Positions 43,332 through 56,803 of a DNA stretch of 64,000 nucleotides are shown one piece after another. The notes below the pieces were generated by a model. It made no database searches and was not told where the DNA came from. It saw only the letters and a program-made list of their open reading frames with translations. The stretch spans positions 50,592,001 through 50,656,000 of the forward strand of contig OZ024747.1 of the NCBI GenBank assembly GCA_964016885.1, written 5' to 3'. Position 1 is the stretch's first letter, and the number at the start of each line of letters is the position of its first letter. This DNA is from Eledone cirrhosa. Lineage: Eukaryota. The translations under genes and the position numbers were made by a program.

Positions 43332-43337
43332 TATTTG

Positions 43338-43404
<67 letters not shown>

Positions 43405-44089
43405 CTGTATATGTATATATATCCCGAGATGCATGCAATATGAAGTATCTCCATAAATAGTATACGTAAGCCTAGCCTGAATAAACGTAAATGATAATGT
43501 AGAAGATATACTAATATATTTATTAGCTTACACAATAAGTAATGTGAGCTGTAGTATTAATGTAAAGACTTTAAATGTAAGTGTATTAATAAGGCAGACT
43601 AGACAGAAATTATAGAAGAGATATCAATTAAAATATATTATCAGCTACGCCATAAATGAGAAACAAGAGCAGATGTAGCTACACCATATTGTTCTGGTCA
43701 AGGACAAGATGGTGGAGAAAAGAGATGAAGGTTCCAGTCTGTTGTGGTTACAAGATCTGTTCTGTGAAATTGTGGGCGGGTTAAATAGAGAAAACAAATA
43801 CACAGATATGTACATATACATAAAATATTAATTTTTCTCATGTGTGTACATGAAGTAGCCGTTTGCTCGGCGAAACACGAGTACCCGTCAACCAAGATAC
43901 ATTTGGTATGGTAAGATAGGGTCCTGTATCTCCCGACGGAGTTATAAGGGCGTTTTTAGGGCACTTTTAAACCTGGCAGAACCCATCACCATTCCAGATC
44001 TAAATAGAACAGATTTCTTCAAGGGAAAGATAGAGAAAGTGAGAGAATGGAAATGAGAAAGAGCTATACAGGTAGAATCTTCTCCAATA

Positions 44090-44225
44090 CTAGACCGGTA
44101 CCTCTTTATCGACGTCGCATAGATGAAAGGAAAAGTTGACCACCGTGGGATTTGAACTCAGAGAACAGATTCGAAATTAATATCCGGAGGTATTCTATCC
44201 GACAGTCAAACGACTTTGCCAATTT
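44090..44225 (-). mobile_element. Old diverged SINE copy
   Basis: ggtacctctttatcgac..gatgaaaggaaaagttgacc..gggatttgaactcaga. Confidence 0.7.
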
Positions 44226-44342
44226 CCCCACCTACAATAGATATAGTATAAAATAAATAAGAATCGGCTACATATATGAAGTCGCAACATTAGAAAATGT
44301 TCTCTGATATTTTCATACCAATAAATCTTCAACCTATCATTA

Positions 44343-44398
<56 letters not shown>

Positions 44399-44411
44399 TT
44401 AATATAGAAGA

Positions 44412-44460
44412 GATTCTACAGGACTAGAACTGTTTCATTCATAAGAAATTATCAGGAATC
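44412..44460 (-). ncRNA. Variant or degenerate type I hammerhead motif
   Basis: GAUUC-CUGAUAA-uUUC-uuau-GAAu-GAAA-CAG-uucuaguc-CUG-UA-GAAUC; helices I and III are perfect, with a core G8 to A change. Confidence 0.55.
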
Positions 44461-45107
44461 TGGGTATCAAAAAATAAATATGGTATTTATAGGTCTCTAC
44501 AAGTGGTAGGAGAGGGTGGGGAGTGGGATGGGTGCAGGTCATTGGTTGATAGAAAAGGGAATTCATTAAAAGCTAATTCTACAAAGCTATAATTTATTTT
44601 TATTTTTATTTATATTTATTTATGTTTTTAGAGTAACAAAGGCAGACAGAATTCTATAAACAGGTTCCGGATGGCATACCATTCCTTGTCAATAAGTTTC
44701 TCTTAAGCTAACAGGTGTTTATAAAATCAGTGGGGGGTCAGTCATGGTCGATAGAATTAAAGAAAAGGGAGAATCTTCAAAAGCTAAAGTCATTAAGGTT
44801 CTACTAAGTGACAAAGGTCTAGAGAATTCTGCAGACAGATTCAAAATACTGAGTGCATATCTTACTATTATCTTCGAACTTCTCTTAAACTAATCAACTA
44901 TATGCCAAAAATCAACAGACACATTCACAAAAAAACAAAAAAACACATACTCACTCACACACTTACGCGCAACCATAAACACACACACAAACACATATAC
45001 ACACATAAAAACACACACACATATATAAAAAAATATATAAATATATATAAATATATATTCATGTACACACACATACATACACACATACATACATACATAT
45101 ACAATAC

Positions 45108-45176
<69 letters not shown>

Positions 45177-45198
45177 TACACACACACACACACATATA

Positions 45199-45248
<50 letters not shown>

Positions 45249-45385
45249 TACACACACACATACACATACATACACACACACACACATATATACACAAATA
45301 AATACACTCATACACATACATACAAACACGAGTATACATATGTATAAATATCTATACACACACTCATATACACACATATATACAC

Positions 45386-45474
<89 letters not shown>

Positions 45475-45971
45475 TATATACATACATATAAGTCAGACTA
45501 CACTCGCCTCCTACGTTTGGGACCTCAAAAGGAACTCCACCCCTTTCACGCTTAATTGGAAAATACTCCAGAAAGCGCGCTCTTACAACGGAGGACACAA
45601 GGGCTGCGACCTTTGTATTTCAGAGAGCTACGAAATTTTATTCGCCAAGGGCCCGCTACTGAACAAACTCTCTGAACACTGCCCGAACTGCATGCATAAG
45701 AACTTTGCAACATTCAAACACTTTAAGCCAGTGTTAAAACCCGATGGCTAAAAACGACCTCCCCCTATTGGCCCCTATACCTCCTCCCCACCCTACCCCC
45801 ACCCCTCCTCAACCTGAAATACGGCCACTATGGTTATGTGAGTACCTCTTTCGTATCTACATTATCTGCCTGTAGAGGTGTCTTTATGTGCCTGCGTATA
45901 TGCGTATATTTATTGAGTACCTATTTACTTGTATGTGTATATATTTGTTTGTATTTGTGTATATGTGTATG

Positions 45972-46021
<50 letters not shown>

Positions 46022-46155
46022 GGTGTATTTGTATGTATGTATGTATATGTGTGTATATATGTATAAGTGTGTATATATGTATATGTGTGTATATATGTAT
46101 ATATGTGTGTATGTGTGTGTGTGTATATGTATGTATATATGTGTGTGTATGTGTG

Positions 46156-46188
<33 letters not shown>

Positions 46189-46249
46189 GTGTGTATACAT
46201 ATATATATATATATATATATATATGTGTATATATGTATGTGTATGTGTA

Positions 46250-46314
<65 letters not shown>

Positions 46315-46330
46315 GGTATATATATATATA

Positions 46331-46390
<60 letters not shown>

Positions 46391-46393
<3 letters not shown>

Positions 46394-46567
46394 AGATAGT
46401 TGTTTATATATATATAAACAACTATCTGGTTGTGGAACCAACCAACCAACCAGAAATTTATAAGTTTGTAGATTTGTAAATTTATAAATTTATAAATATA
46501 TAATAAACTGAAGTGAAAGCAACTGGTGCGTGTGTTTCTTATTGGCAACATGACCCTCCCAAAGTAT

Positions 46568-46573
<6 letters not shown>
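46391..46573 (+). mobile_element. Family-E PLE 3' terminus with a small 5' fold-back
   Basis: accagatagttgttta(TA)n..aacaactatctggt palindrome, then sequence matching 41850-41982. Confidence 0.75.
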
Positions 46574-46637
<64 letters not shown>

Positions 46638-46720
46638 GTGTGTGTATATATATATGTATATATATATGTATATATATATATATATATAGTTAAAAGAATA
46701 GAGGTGTAACACAAGTTATT

Positions 46721-47001
46721 ATATATTGGTAAACGGAATAGAAAATGCTGACAAATTGTTCATAGTGAAAAATAGTTTAATTAGGAATAAATGAGAATTA
46801 GTAATTGTATTGGTTAGTATTCAGAGCAAACATCACGGACGCTCTATCTCAAAATTATTTTTGAAAAGCATTAGAAATGCGCAACCGGTAAAACTTAAAA
46901 CCAAAACTGAATACTAACCAATACAATTACTAATTCTCATTTATTCTTAATTAAACTATTTTTCTCTATGAACAATTTGTCAGCATTTTCTATTCCGTTT
47001 A

Positions 47002-47010
<9 letters not shown>
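46721..47010. repeat. Fold-back unit with about 104-bp inverted arms between (TA)n tracts
   Basis: 46721-46824 is the reverse complement of 46908-47010. Confidence 0.85.
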
Positions 47011-47045
<35 letters not shown>

Positions 47046-47258
47046 TGTTTTGTAATGTTTTTGATATGAAATCGTGTGTCGAAACAAATATTGTTATACT
47101 TGAAGAGGGTCATATTGTTATAATATTGCCAGAAATAATAAGAGAACACTCTCACTGTTTCGTTTGGGATGGTTTTCGTTTCTCTACCTTTTATATTTCT
47201 ATAGTTAATTTATTTGGCGATCAATGTTTATCATTGATTGACCAACGGTTAAAATTAC

Positions 47259-47298
<40 letters not shown>

Positions 47299-47300
<2 letters not shown>

Positions 47301-50075
47301 GGGTGTTCCAGAATCCCAAATTTTACACCAAAGTGGTTTTTTCTTAGCTCCCTATGCATTTTCTCATGCCATTTTGTATATTATCAATTTATAATGTAAT
47401 TTTGATTATTTCAGACTAATTTAAGTCTTGCCTAATAGTTGCAAACTGGCAGAATAATGGCGGAAACCAGTGGGCCTAGTTGTAGCTACTCGCTCCGTTG
47501 TGATGATCCCGAAATATGGCTCCTGGGGCAATATGTTACATCCTTTTCACCAAACAAAATACCAACAAAGGGGGATATTCTAAGATATTTCTTCTACCTG
47601 AAAGATGGTCCTATGAAACACGAAAAGCATGTGAGCTTCAATGGTGCTATTGCGGATAGGCTTGTGATGGAAGTAGTTAGTCCGTGGGAAAAAGCTGGTG
47701 TGGCGACTCAACGAAAAGACAAAGTGAAACTGAAAATTATGAACATGTACAGTAAATACAGAAATTTACAAAAAATCAAAGCTTCTAAGTCAAACAAAGA
47801 AAAGGAAGCACTATTTATTTCTGAATTGGATTCGTATTCCTACATTGCACATACCGATGCTGAAAAGAAAATTTTGAAAGACTGTCTTCGTAATAATGAA
47901 CAGAAAATGGAAGATGCTACATTTCTCGAAGCCCTGAGTTGCCAGAAAAAAGTATCTCTGGGTGCTGAAGACAAGGGTTACCAGAAAAAGGTATCTTCAA
48001 AGTTTAAGCGTGATCAGGTTTTTGTGGCTCATCGAGAGTCAGAGAACCATAGAAAGCGTTTGTCAGGATCTGTAGCAGCACAACTTCCACGTAATGAACT
48101 GAGTGATTCAAGTTCAACCAATGATGAAACTGAAGATGAACAGGATCCTGAATTTCAGGCCTCAAACCCACCCAGAGACAGCTGAAAGTCAGACAAGAAA
48201 CGAAAAATCCAGCTGGAACTCCCAAAGAATCCATTTCAAAGTCCAAAAAATTTCTCTAATGGCTGATCGCTTAAACCTGACACTGGGCCAGAGAACAGCA
48301 TTTATGGCATCGATTGTTTCTGCGGGTGGGACTGACATAGACGCCACAACTCTCACTAAGAATAGTAGCAGACGTGCAGCTAAGAAGATCATAACTGTGG
48401 GGGCTGAACACACAAAGGAACAATTTGCCGTACCAGATTTTGTTACCTTGCATTGGGATGGCAAAATAATTTCTGGTGACCACGTGCTAGCTGCTGGAAC
48501 TCCGGACTTCAGAGAAGGTAAACTCCTCGGTGTTCCCATAATTCCTGATGACACTGGAACCACCCAAGCCAAAGCATCATTTGATCTTGTTAAATATTGG
48601 AATGTTGATGGGTCTGTGGTGGGCTTGGTCTTCGACACAACTGATTCGAATTCTGGATGGAAAAATGGTGCCTGCGTGGAACTAGAAGAGATGCTCAACA
48701 AAAAGGTGTTTTATTTTGCTTGTCGGCACCATGTCATGGAGCGTATTTGTGTGCAGTGTGGAAACAACTATTCGGAGCAATGTCCAGTCCAGACACCTCA
48801 GAGTTCAAGGAGTTGAAAAATGATTGGGTGTCACTCATGGACAAGACCAACTTTAAAACATTGAATATTGTTGACCGGAGACTCAAGCGTCTGTGTTCTG
48901 AGAAAATCAAGTTCTTCCAAGATTTGCTGACATCAGACGATGGGAAAATGAGTTCTCTTCCACGGGACGACTACCGAGAATGTGCTGAGTTGATGTTGAT
49001 CTTGCTTGGTGTCACCCCTCCTCGTGGAATTCATTGGATGCTGCCTGGTGCACATCATAACGCCCGGTGGATGTCCACAATCATCTATAGTGCAAAGATG
49101 TATGCATTTGGTGAGCGACTCAATTACGATCAAGCTAAAATGGAAAAGTTGCGCCGGATCTGTATGTTCAATGCTCTGTTCTACGTGCGATACTGGCTGA
49201 CAGCAGTCAAGTGTGCTGATGCACCATCCAATGACCTTCAATTCTACGTGGAGTTAACACAGTACAGCAAGGTTGACAGAGATCTCTCGCAGGCAGCCAC
49301 TACTGCTCTGAGCAGGCATCTTTGGTACCTGACGGAGGAAGCTATTCCACTAGCGCTGTTTTCACGTCGAGTCCAAGAGTCCGAGAACAAACAAATAGCC
49401 CTACGTCTTGTCAAAACGAAAACGTCTGGGCCTCTCGACCGTGGTGCTCCAGTATTTCCCGAGTTGAAGTCGTCCACGAAGCTGCCTCATTTAGTTGGGA
49501 AGAAATCAAGGCTTCTGTTCGATCTCCTTGGTCTCGACGATACTTGGCTTTAGCTGTCACCTGTAACTTGGTCATCACAAGCGTCATATCAAAATGCCTG
49601 TGCTGTTGTTCACAATATCAAGGTAGTCAACGATCTGGCGGAGAGAGCAGTCAAGTTGATAACTGATTTTGTTGCCACCACCAAGAATGAGGAGGAGAAG
49701 CACTGTGTTCTTCAAGTAGTCGAAGTTCATCGTCACAAGGTCCCGGATTTCAAAAAAGAAACTCTGAAAAAATATGACTGGAGTTAACTTAACTTAACTT
49801 GGTTCTGCCTTGTACACCTTTATATTCAAAGCTGGTTTACTAAATATAATGGATTAATAAAATAAACAATTATTGTATGGTAATATCTGGTTTCACATTT
49901 TCATGATTTCATGCAACATAATCACACTTTCCACTATAATCACCATGATATAGGCAAGACTCAAAATGATTTATTTTATACAAACTATGTTTTATTTTAC
50001 CAATTGGGGGATTTATAATGGGAAAATACACTGGTAGCGTTAGTATTGTGACCTTGCTTTTTATGGCACACACTA
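47299..50075 (+). mobile_element. Complete hAT-superfamily DNA transposon (hATm-like)
   Basis: Left end TAGGGTGTTCCAGAA; right end reverse complement TAGTGTGTGCCATAA (12/15); exact 8-bp TSD ATATATAG at 47291-47298 and 50076-50083. Confidence 0.88.
47457..49787 (+). pseudogene. DDE transposase, disrupted (2 frameshifts, 1 stop)
   Basis: Motifs LHWDGK, FDTT, ACRHH (CxxH), RDDYRE, PGAHHNARWM, HLWYL and VVNDLAER spread over three frames; internal TAG at 49551-49553. Confidence 0.9.
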
Positions 50076-50223
50076 ATATATAGTCTATCAAAGTTCTTTC
50101 GTCACACATCTGCGACATCATCACTGGTACTATTACGTTTCCTCCTATTGTATTGTAAAGTCTACGCCATTTTTTCTGTTATTATTTCTGGCAATATTAT
50201 AACAATATGAGCCTCCCAAGTAT

Positions 50224-50313
<90 letters not shown>

Positions 50314-50567
50314 TTCAAGAGTAACCAATCTTAAAGAGAGAGATGGAGATAGGAGAGGAGATAGGAGAGGAGAGATTGATGAATTAGTTAGAAGCCAAAT
50401 CGTAAAGGCATGTGCTCTATGTGCAATATGCAGTGGTAAGCAGCTAGGTAGTGCACAGAGCTGGAAAAATTCATTAGTTAAACAAAACAAGACCACAAAT
50501 TCCACAAGGAAGATATTATTAAAAGATTGTCAACATATTTTAGTTTGATGTAAGGAATGTAGAGAAT

Positions 50568-50782
50568 AATAATAATAATAATATTAATAATAATTGTTTC
50601 TACTTTAGGCACAAGGCCAGCAATTACCCAGTGCATTACTGGTACTTTATTTTATCGACCCCGTAAGGATGAAAGGCAAAGTCAACCTCGGCGGGATTTG
50701 AACTCAGATCGTAAAGGGACGTAACTATGCTGGAAAGCATGGCGTCCGACCCTCTACCGATACTGCCAATCCACCACCCTAA
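50568..50782 (-). mobile_element. Full-length, well-preserved tRNA-derived SINE
   Basis: A box TGGCAGTATCGG, B box GAGTTCAAATCC, central GCCTTTCATCCTTACGGGGTCGATAAAATAAAGTACCAG (resembles the Meta-SINE domain, from memory), (ATT)n tail. Confidence 0.93.
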
Positions 50783-52087
50783 TTAATAATAATAATGTCC
50801 GTTTACAATTGTTTCGCTACTCCATATAATATTTCTAGATCAAATGATTATATATCATTATTGATCTGGTTCAGTTGAAAATAATTAACATAGGTAAAGA
50901 TAGAGCGGCTCATCGGAACTTCAAAGGAATATAAATTAAAATAAGGAAAGAATGTTACATAAATGTAATGTTCCATATATTGGTATTTTACTATGGTGTC
51001 CTGGGTATATCAATTGTCTGCCATAATCGAGCTGTATTCTTCTGTCGAAGCTGCATTGTGTGAGATCTGCCTATGGGTAACAAGATGGCCGCCAATGGAC
51101 ATATTTACCTTACTAATTAGAGGGTGGTTTCAGGGGAAGTAACTCCTCGAGAGATTAGAAATTGTGGTTAGTTTATAGTTCAGTGATAATTTTTTAATTT
51201 TTTAATTGAGAGACAATGTAAGGGAGGTAACTTATAATTATCTAAGTTAGTTATAGCTATTTAACTTATTAGCTACAAGTAAAAATGGGGCTTTTATCTT
51301 TACTCTATATCCCACCTTGATAACATATCGAGATTCCCTATAATACACTTAAACTTTTTCATATAAGACTCTCTGTAATTTCATTAAATAAATCTCGCAA
51401 CACAAACCTTTAATTTTCTATTAATGTTCTAATAATTTAATTTCATCCTATAACTCTTAACATAAGTTAACGTTCCAATTTTCTGTTCACACATTAGACC
51501 ATACAGGCACCCATATATATGCCTTTGTTAAAATATGGGTTCTTTGGAATAACATTTTTCGCGGCGTCTTCTAGCATGACTGTAGTGTGACCCTTACGCT
51601 GACTTTTCTTCTTTCTTTCTTTCTTTCTTCCTTCTCTTTTTTTAATTCTCTGACGGAGTGGTGGTAGTACATTATAAGCCTTCGCCCCCTCACCAGATGG
51701 TCATTAGTAGACCGAGTTGCCATCACTTGAGGGCGACTGACCGAGGTGAAAGCAGCTAGTTGGTCAGTCGTCCTCTCTGTCTCTGTTTTTCGGACCCATT
51801 GATTTTATATATTCCTTTGTTATATTTCGAATACCTGATGATATTACCGGATTCATACGGAACCCGGGCATTGAAATGATCATAGTATAATAAACTTTTC
51901 AAGGATTTACACCAGTCCAGCCTCCTGTTATTTTATTTATAATAATTAACTCCGTATTAGCACCACCAACTACACAAACGAAGACGGGTGAACTGCACTA
52001 CGTTGAGTACTCTCCATAATATTACATCAAGATTGACCATACAAAATAACCAATTCTACCCAGTGGTGAACCAACAAACCTAAATAA

Positions 52088-52202
<115 letters not shown>

Positions 52203-52314
52203 CGTGTATGTGTGCGTGTGTTTTAAACACATATAGCTCTATGCCTATACATACGTATGTATATATGTATGTATATAAGTATGTATAAATGTATGCATAT
52301 ATGTATGTATGCAA

Positions 52315-52385
<71 letters not shown>

Positions 52386-52646
52386 TAAAAGTATGTGTGC
52401 GTGTGTGTCTGTGTACGTGGGACTATAATTTTCTTTTACTGGTTTCAGTGCAGTATTTTGTGCTGTTATTTTCTAGACATGTGAACAAAGGGAGAAGTGG
52501 TTTGGTCGTAAACTATTAGTAATGGCGACACTGCCAGTATTTCAGAGAACTACATCTTACGTGATATGTATACACTGCTGCATTAAAACACATGTTAACA
52601 TGCATTCTTTTTTTACAAAAAAAAAAATGTTCACTACTACTACTAT

Positions 52647-52688
<42 letters not shown>

Positions 52689-52690
52689 AC

Positions 52691-52755
<65 letters not shown>

Positions 52756-53045
52756 GTATATGTATGTATAAAATTATACATATATGTATATGCATATATA
52801 TACATATATATATATATGAATATATGTACATATATATGCATGTACGTACAAACACACACACACACACACACATATATACATATACATGTATATATATGTG
52901 TGTGTATGTATACATATGCATATATATAGTCATATATATATATGTATATATATATACATTTATATATATGTATATATGTATATATATGTATATACATATA
53001 TATATAATATATATAATATATATAAAATATATATATATGTGAGTG

Positions 53046-53139
<94 letters not shown>

Positions 53140-53249
53140 TATATATATATATATATGCATATATATGTGTGTGTGAGTGTGAGTGATACAAAGACAAAAT
53201 GTATAGGAAAAGAACAATGAATAATGGCGTTACATCGAGTGAAACACAC

Positions 53250-54272
53250 ACTACCATCCCCACCACAACCAACACCACCAGCAATACCAACACTACTACG
53301 ACAACAACCACCACCACCACCATCGCCACTAATTGTAACACTAGCTACACATCCACTACCACCACAACTACCATCGCCACACCACAACGATAACACCACC
53401 TAACCACCACAACGACCACCACCACCATCACCACCACCACATCTACCCCCACTGCCACAACTACTACCACCACCACGACTGCCATCACCACCATTACAAC
53501 TTGCACTACCATCACATCCAACCACCACCACCACCACCACCACCCACCACCCACACTACCATCACAACTACCACCACCAACAACAACACCACGACTATCA
53601 CCACTACCGCCACCATCATCACCATCACCACCACGACCACCATCGCCACCTCCACCTTCAGCACCACCACCAACAACAACGCCATTACCACCACCATCAC
53701 CACCACCACCACCAACATTACCACCACCAGCATCACCACCACCACGACCACCACGACTACCACCATCACCACCATCACCACTGCCACCACCACAACTACT
53801 ACTACCACGACCACCACCACGACCACCACTATCACTACCCCCACCAACAACACCATGACCACGATTACTACCACCCCCACTTCCTCCACCGCGACCACTA
53901 CCCCCACCACCACGAACATCCCCCCACCACTACCACCACCACCACCACCATCACCACCACTACCACCACCACCGCCACCACCACCACCACCACCACTACC
54001 TCCACCACCACGAACCTCACCACCCCTACCACCGCCACCACCGCCACCACCACCAGCACCAACACCACCACCACCACCACCACCACCACCGCGACCACCA
54101 CGAACATCACCACCACCACCACCACCACCACCACCACTACCGCGACCACTACCTCCACCACCACAACCTCACCACCCCTACCACCACCACCACCAGCACC
54201 AACACCACCACCACGAACATCACCCCCCCCTCATCGCGACCCCCCCCACTAACAACAACAACAACACCACCA
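53250..54272. repeat. (ACC)n degenerate repeat
   Basis: Directly visible. Confidence 0.9.
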
Positions 54273-54725
54273 TTACAGAATATGTGGCTACTTTGATCGG
54301 TAATTCGTCTAAAGTGACAACTTTGTTATTTTCTAGATAAATCTTCAAATGAAGGAGCCAATTAGATTGAAGTATTAAAGACACTTCACTTTTAAATTAC
54401 ACACACATACATACATACACACACGCACACATATACACGTCCTTTCACGCAAACGCATACACACACTCACATACACCTACCTTCGCACAGACACAAACAC
54501 ATTCACACGCACTTACACTAACACATTTAGATATCTATAGCTACATCTTTCTAGGCATCTATCAATATATCTATCTAATACACACACACGCACACACACA
54601 CATATATATATATATATGCATACATACACGTATACACATGTAGTTATACATGTGTGTTTGTGTATAGATTTAAAGAAAAGAAAACTACCTTTGCATAAAT
54701 GTGCATGTAGATCTGTATACACCCT

Positions 54726-54770
<45 letters not shown>

Positions 54771-54825
54771 GTGAGGTTTTTTTTACAAAATGAAAAATAA
54801 CCGAGGTGTCCTACACGAGTGAAAG

Positions 54826-56027
54826 TATAAAGAAAAAGAGATGAAATCGAAAGTGCAACTGGAGTCTTATTTTAAAAAAAATATATATATATTTATTTGG
54901 TTCCTTTACCGGTTTCGCAGTTCTTCTGCTTTTCAAAAGGTGAGTTGAGATGGAGGGTCTGTGGTTTTTCTCACATCTGGTTGGTCTCTGAATGTTACTT
55001 GTTTTATATGGAAAAAGTGGCTCGAAATGCCAGGTTTTTCGAGAAGTAATTTGATTGGTTTGTCAATAATTATAATAAATTTCGCGCCAGCTCGCGTTAC
55101 AATAGTTCTTCAAATAAGAGAGAGGGGGGGAGGGGGGTTGTCACAGGTTGTTTTTTCATATATGAGTGTTTGAATTTCTTTTACTTGAAAAAAGGGGCTC
55201 ACGAAGGCTTTTTTTTTTGGTTGGTTATGAATGAAATTATGGCTTTCACGTGAACAAGTTTTCATTAAATTTTCGTGTCCTTATTTGGAAATCCATTCTG
55301 TAGCCTTTTTAGACAATTTTATTCAATAGAAAATCTGAATTCTGACACCCCAGCGAACTAACCATATTCACTGAACCAGAACAATTCTCCCACCCCTTTC
55401 TCTTGACCATTTTGTCAAGGTTAACTTTGCCTTTCATCCTTACGGGGTCGATAAAATAAAGTACCAGTAATGCACTGGGATAATTGCTGGCCTTGTGCCT
55501 AAAGTAGAAACAATTGTCTTTCACTTATCATAAAATTCTCTAAAAGGGCTACATAATGGATTTCCAAATAAGGACACGAAAATTTAATGAAAACTTGTTC
55601 ACGTGACAGCCATAATTTCATTTATAACCAACCAAAAAAAAGCCTTCGTGAGCCCCTTTTTTCAAGTAAAAAGAAATTCAAACACTCATATATGAAAAAA
55701 CAACCTGTGGCAACCCCACCCCTCTCTCTCTTATTTGAAGAACTATTGTAACGCGAACTGGCGCGAAATTTATTATAATTATTGACAAACCAATCAAATT
55801 ACTTCTCGAAAAACCTGGCATTTCGAGCCACTTTTTCCATATAAAACAAGTAACATTCAGAGACCAACCAGATGTGAGAAAAACCACAGACCCTCCATCT
55901 CAACTCACCTTTTGAAAAGCAGAAGAACTGCCAAACCGGTAAAAGAACCAAATAAATATATATATTTAAAAAAAAAAAAAAAATAAAACTGCAGTTGCAT
56001 TTTCGATTTCATCTCTTTTTCATTATA
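54826..56027. repeat. Large inverted repeat (arms of about 495 bp) with a SINE 3' half in the spacer
   Basis: 54826-55322 versus 55530-56027; near-identical ORF translations on opposite strands; SINE core at 55417-55516. Confidence 0.9.
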
Positions 56028-56029
56028 TA

Positions 56030-56086
<57 letters not shown>

Positions 56087-56385
56087 TATATATATATATA
56101 TATGGGAGGAAGTTATAGTTCACTTGAAGCATTGTGTAATGAGGTATAAACGTATGTATATGTTTAATAAAGCCAAAACAATGCAGGTGTGGACATAGAA
56201 TAAAGAATTCAAATGCAAAAGATATTGTTGACAATTAGTCTTTTACCTTAGATTTATTTAAATGTCCTTAATTATATATATATTTGCAAGAGATGTCAAC
56301 ATGAATGGACCTATTATTTTTATCTAAATACATTTTTCCAATTCCATCCCACCCGTCCCCTTAATCTATTTTATTTCTCACTCTT

Positions 56386-56421
56386 TCTTCTGATGAAGGA
56401 CTAGCGTCCGAAACGTTAAGA
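56386..56421 (+). ncRNA. Minimal type I hammerhead ribozyme (family F)
   Basis: UCUU-CUGAUGA-a-GGAC-uagc-GUCC-GAAA-CG-UU-AAGA in a unit (about 56325-56512) that ends in (TA)n. Confidence 0.8.
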
Positions 56422-56505
56422 CCCTTTTCCAGCTATATCAAGCGTTAACCTAATGTATACCTTCCATATACTGTACCGATTGTGTTGTTATTTCTGTTTA
56501 CCTTG

Positions 56506-56696
<191 letters not shown>

Positions 56697-56803
56697 TATA
56701 TGTATATATATATAGCCCCACGTGGGTATTGGTAACGGTCAATCCTTGGCCTGGCACTTGAACTAAAAGCCTGTTGAGAGAGTGACTTCCTTGTTCAATC
56801 ATC

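Larger units (their letters stand above)
47089..50230 (-). mobile_element. PLE-type fold-back terminus interrupted by the hAT element
   Basis: 47089-47140 and about 50178-50230 are inverted arms carrying the TTGTTATACTT motif; degenerate family-E HHR at 50088-50128 (-). Confidence 0.7.

Noticed and set aside
50690-50782. tRNA gene
   Set aside because: The A/B boxes belong to the SINE head; there is no cloverleaf and the sequence continues into the SINE core.
51729-51775. GC-rich hairpin GAGGGCGACTGACCGA..TTGGTCAGTCGTCCTC as an HHR or SECIS
   Set aside because: The CTGA is inside the stem and there is no SECIS quartet geometry; single copy. The nearby CTGATGA at about 51836 lacks GAAA.
54961-55173. 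70-aa ORF duplicated on the opposite strand at 55678-55887
   Set aside because: A product of the inverted repeat; GTG start and no recognisable motif.
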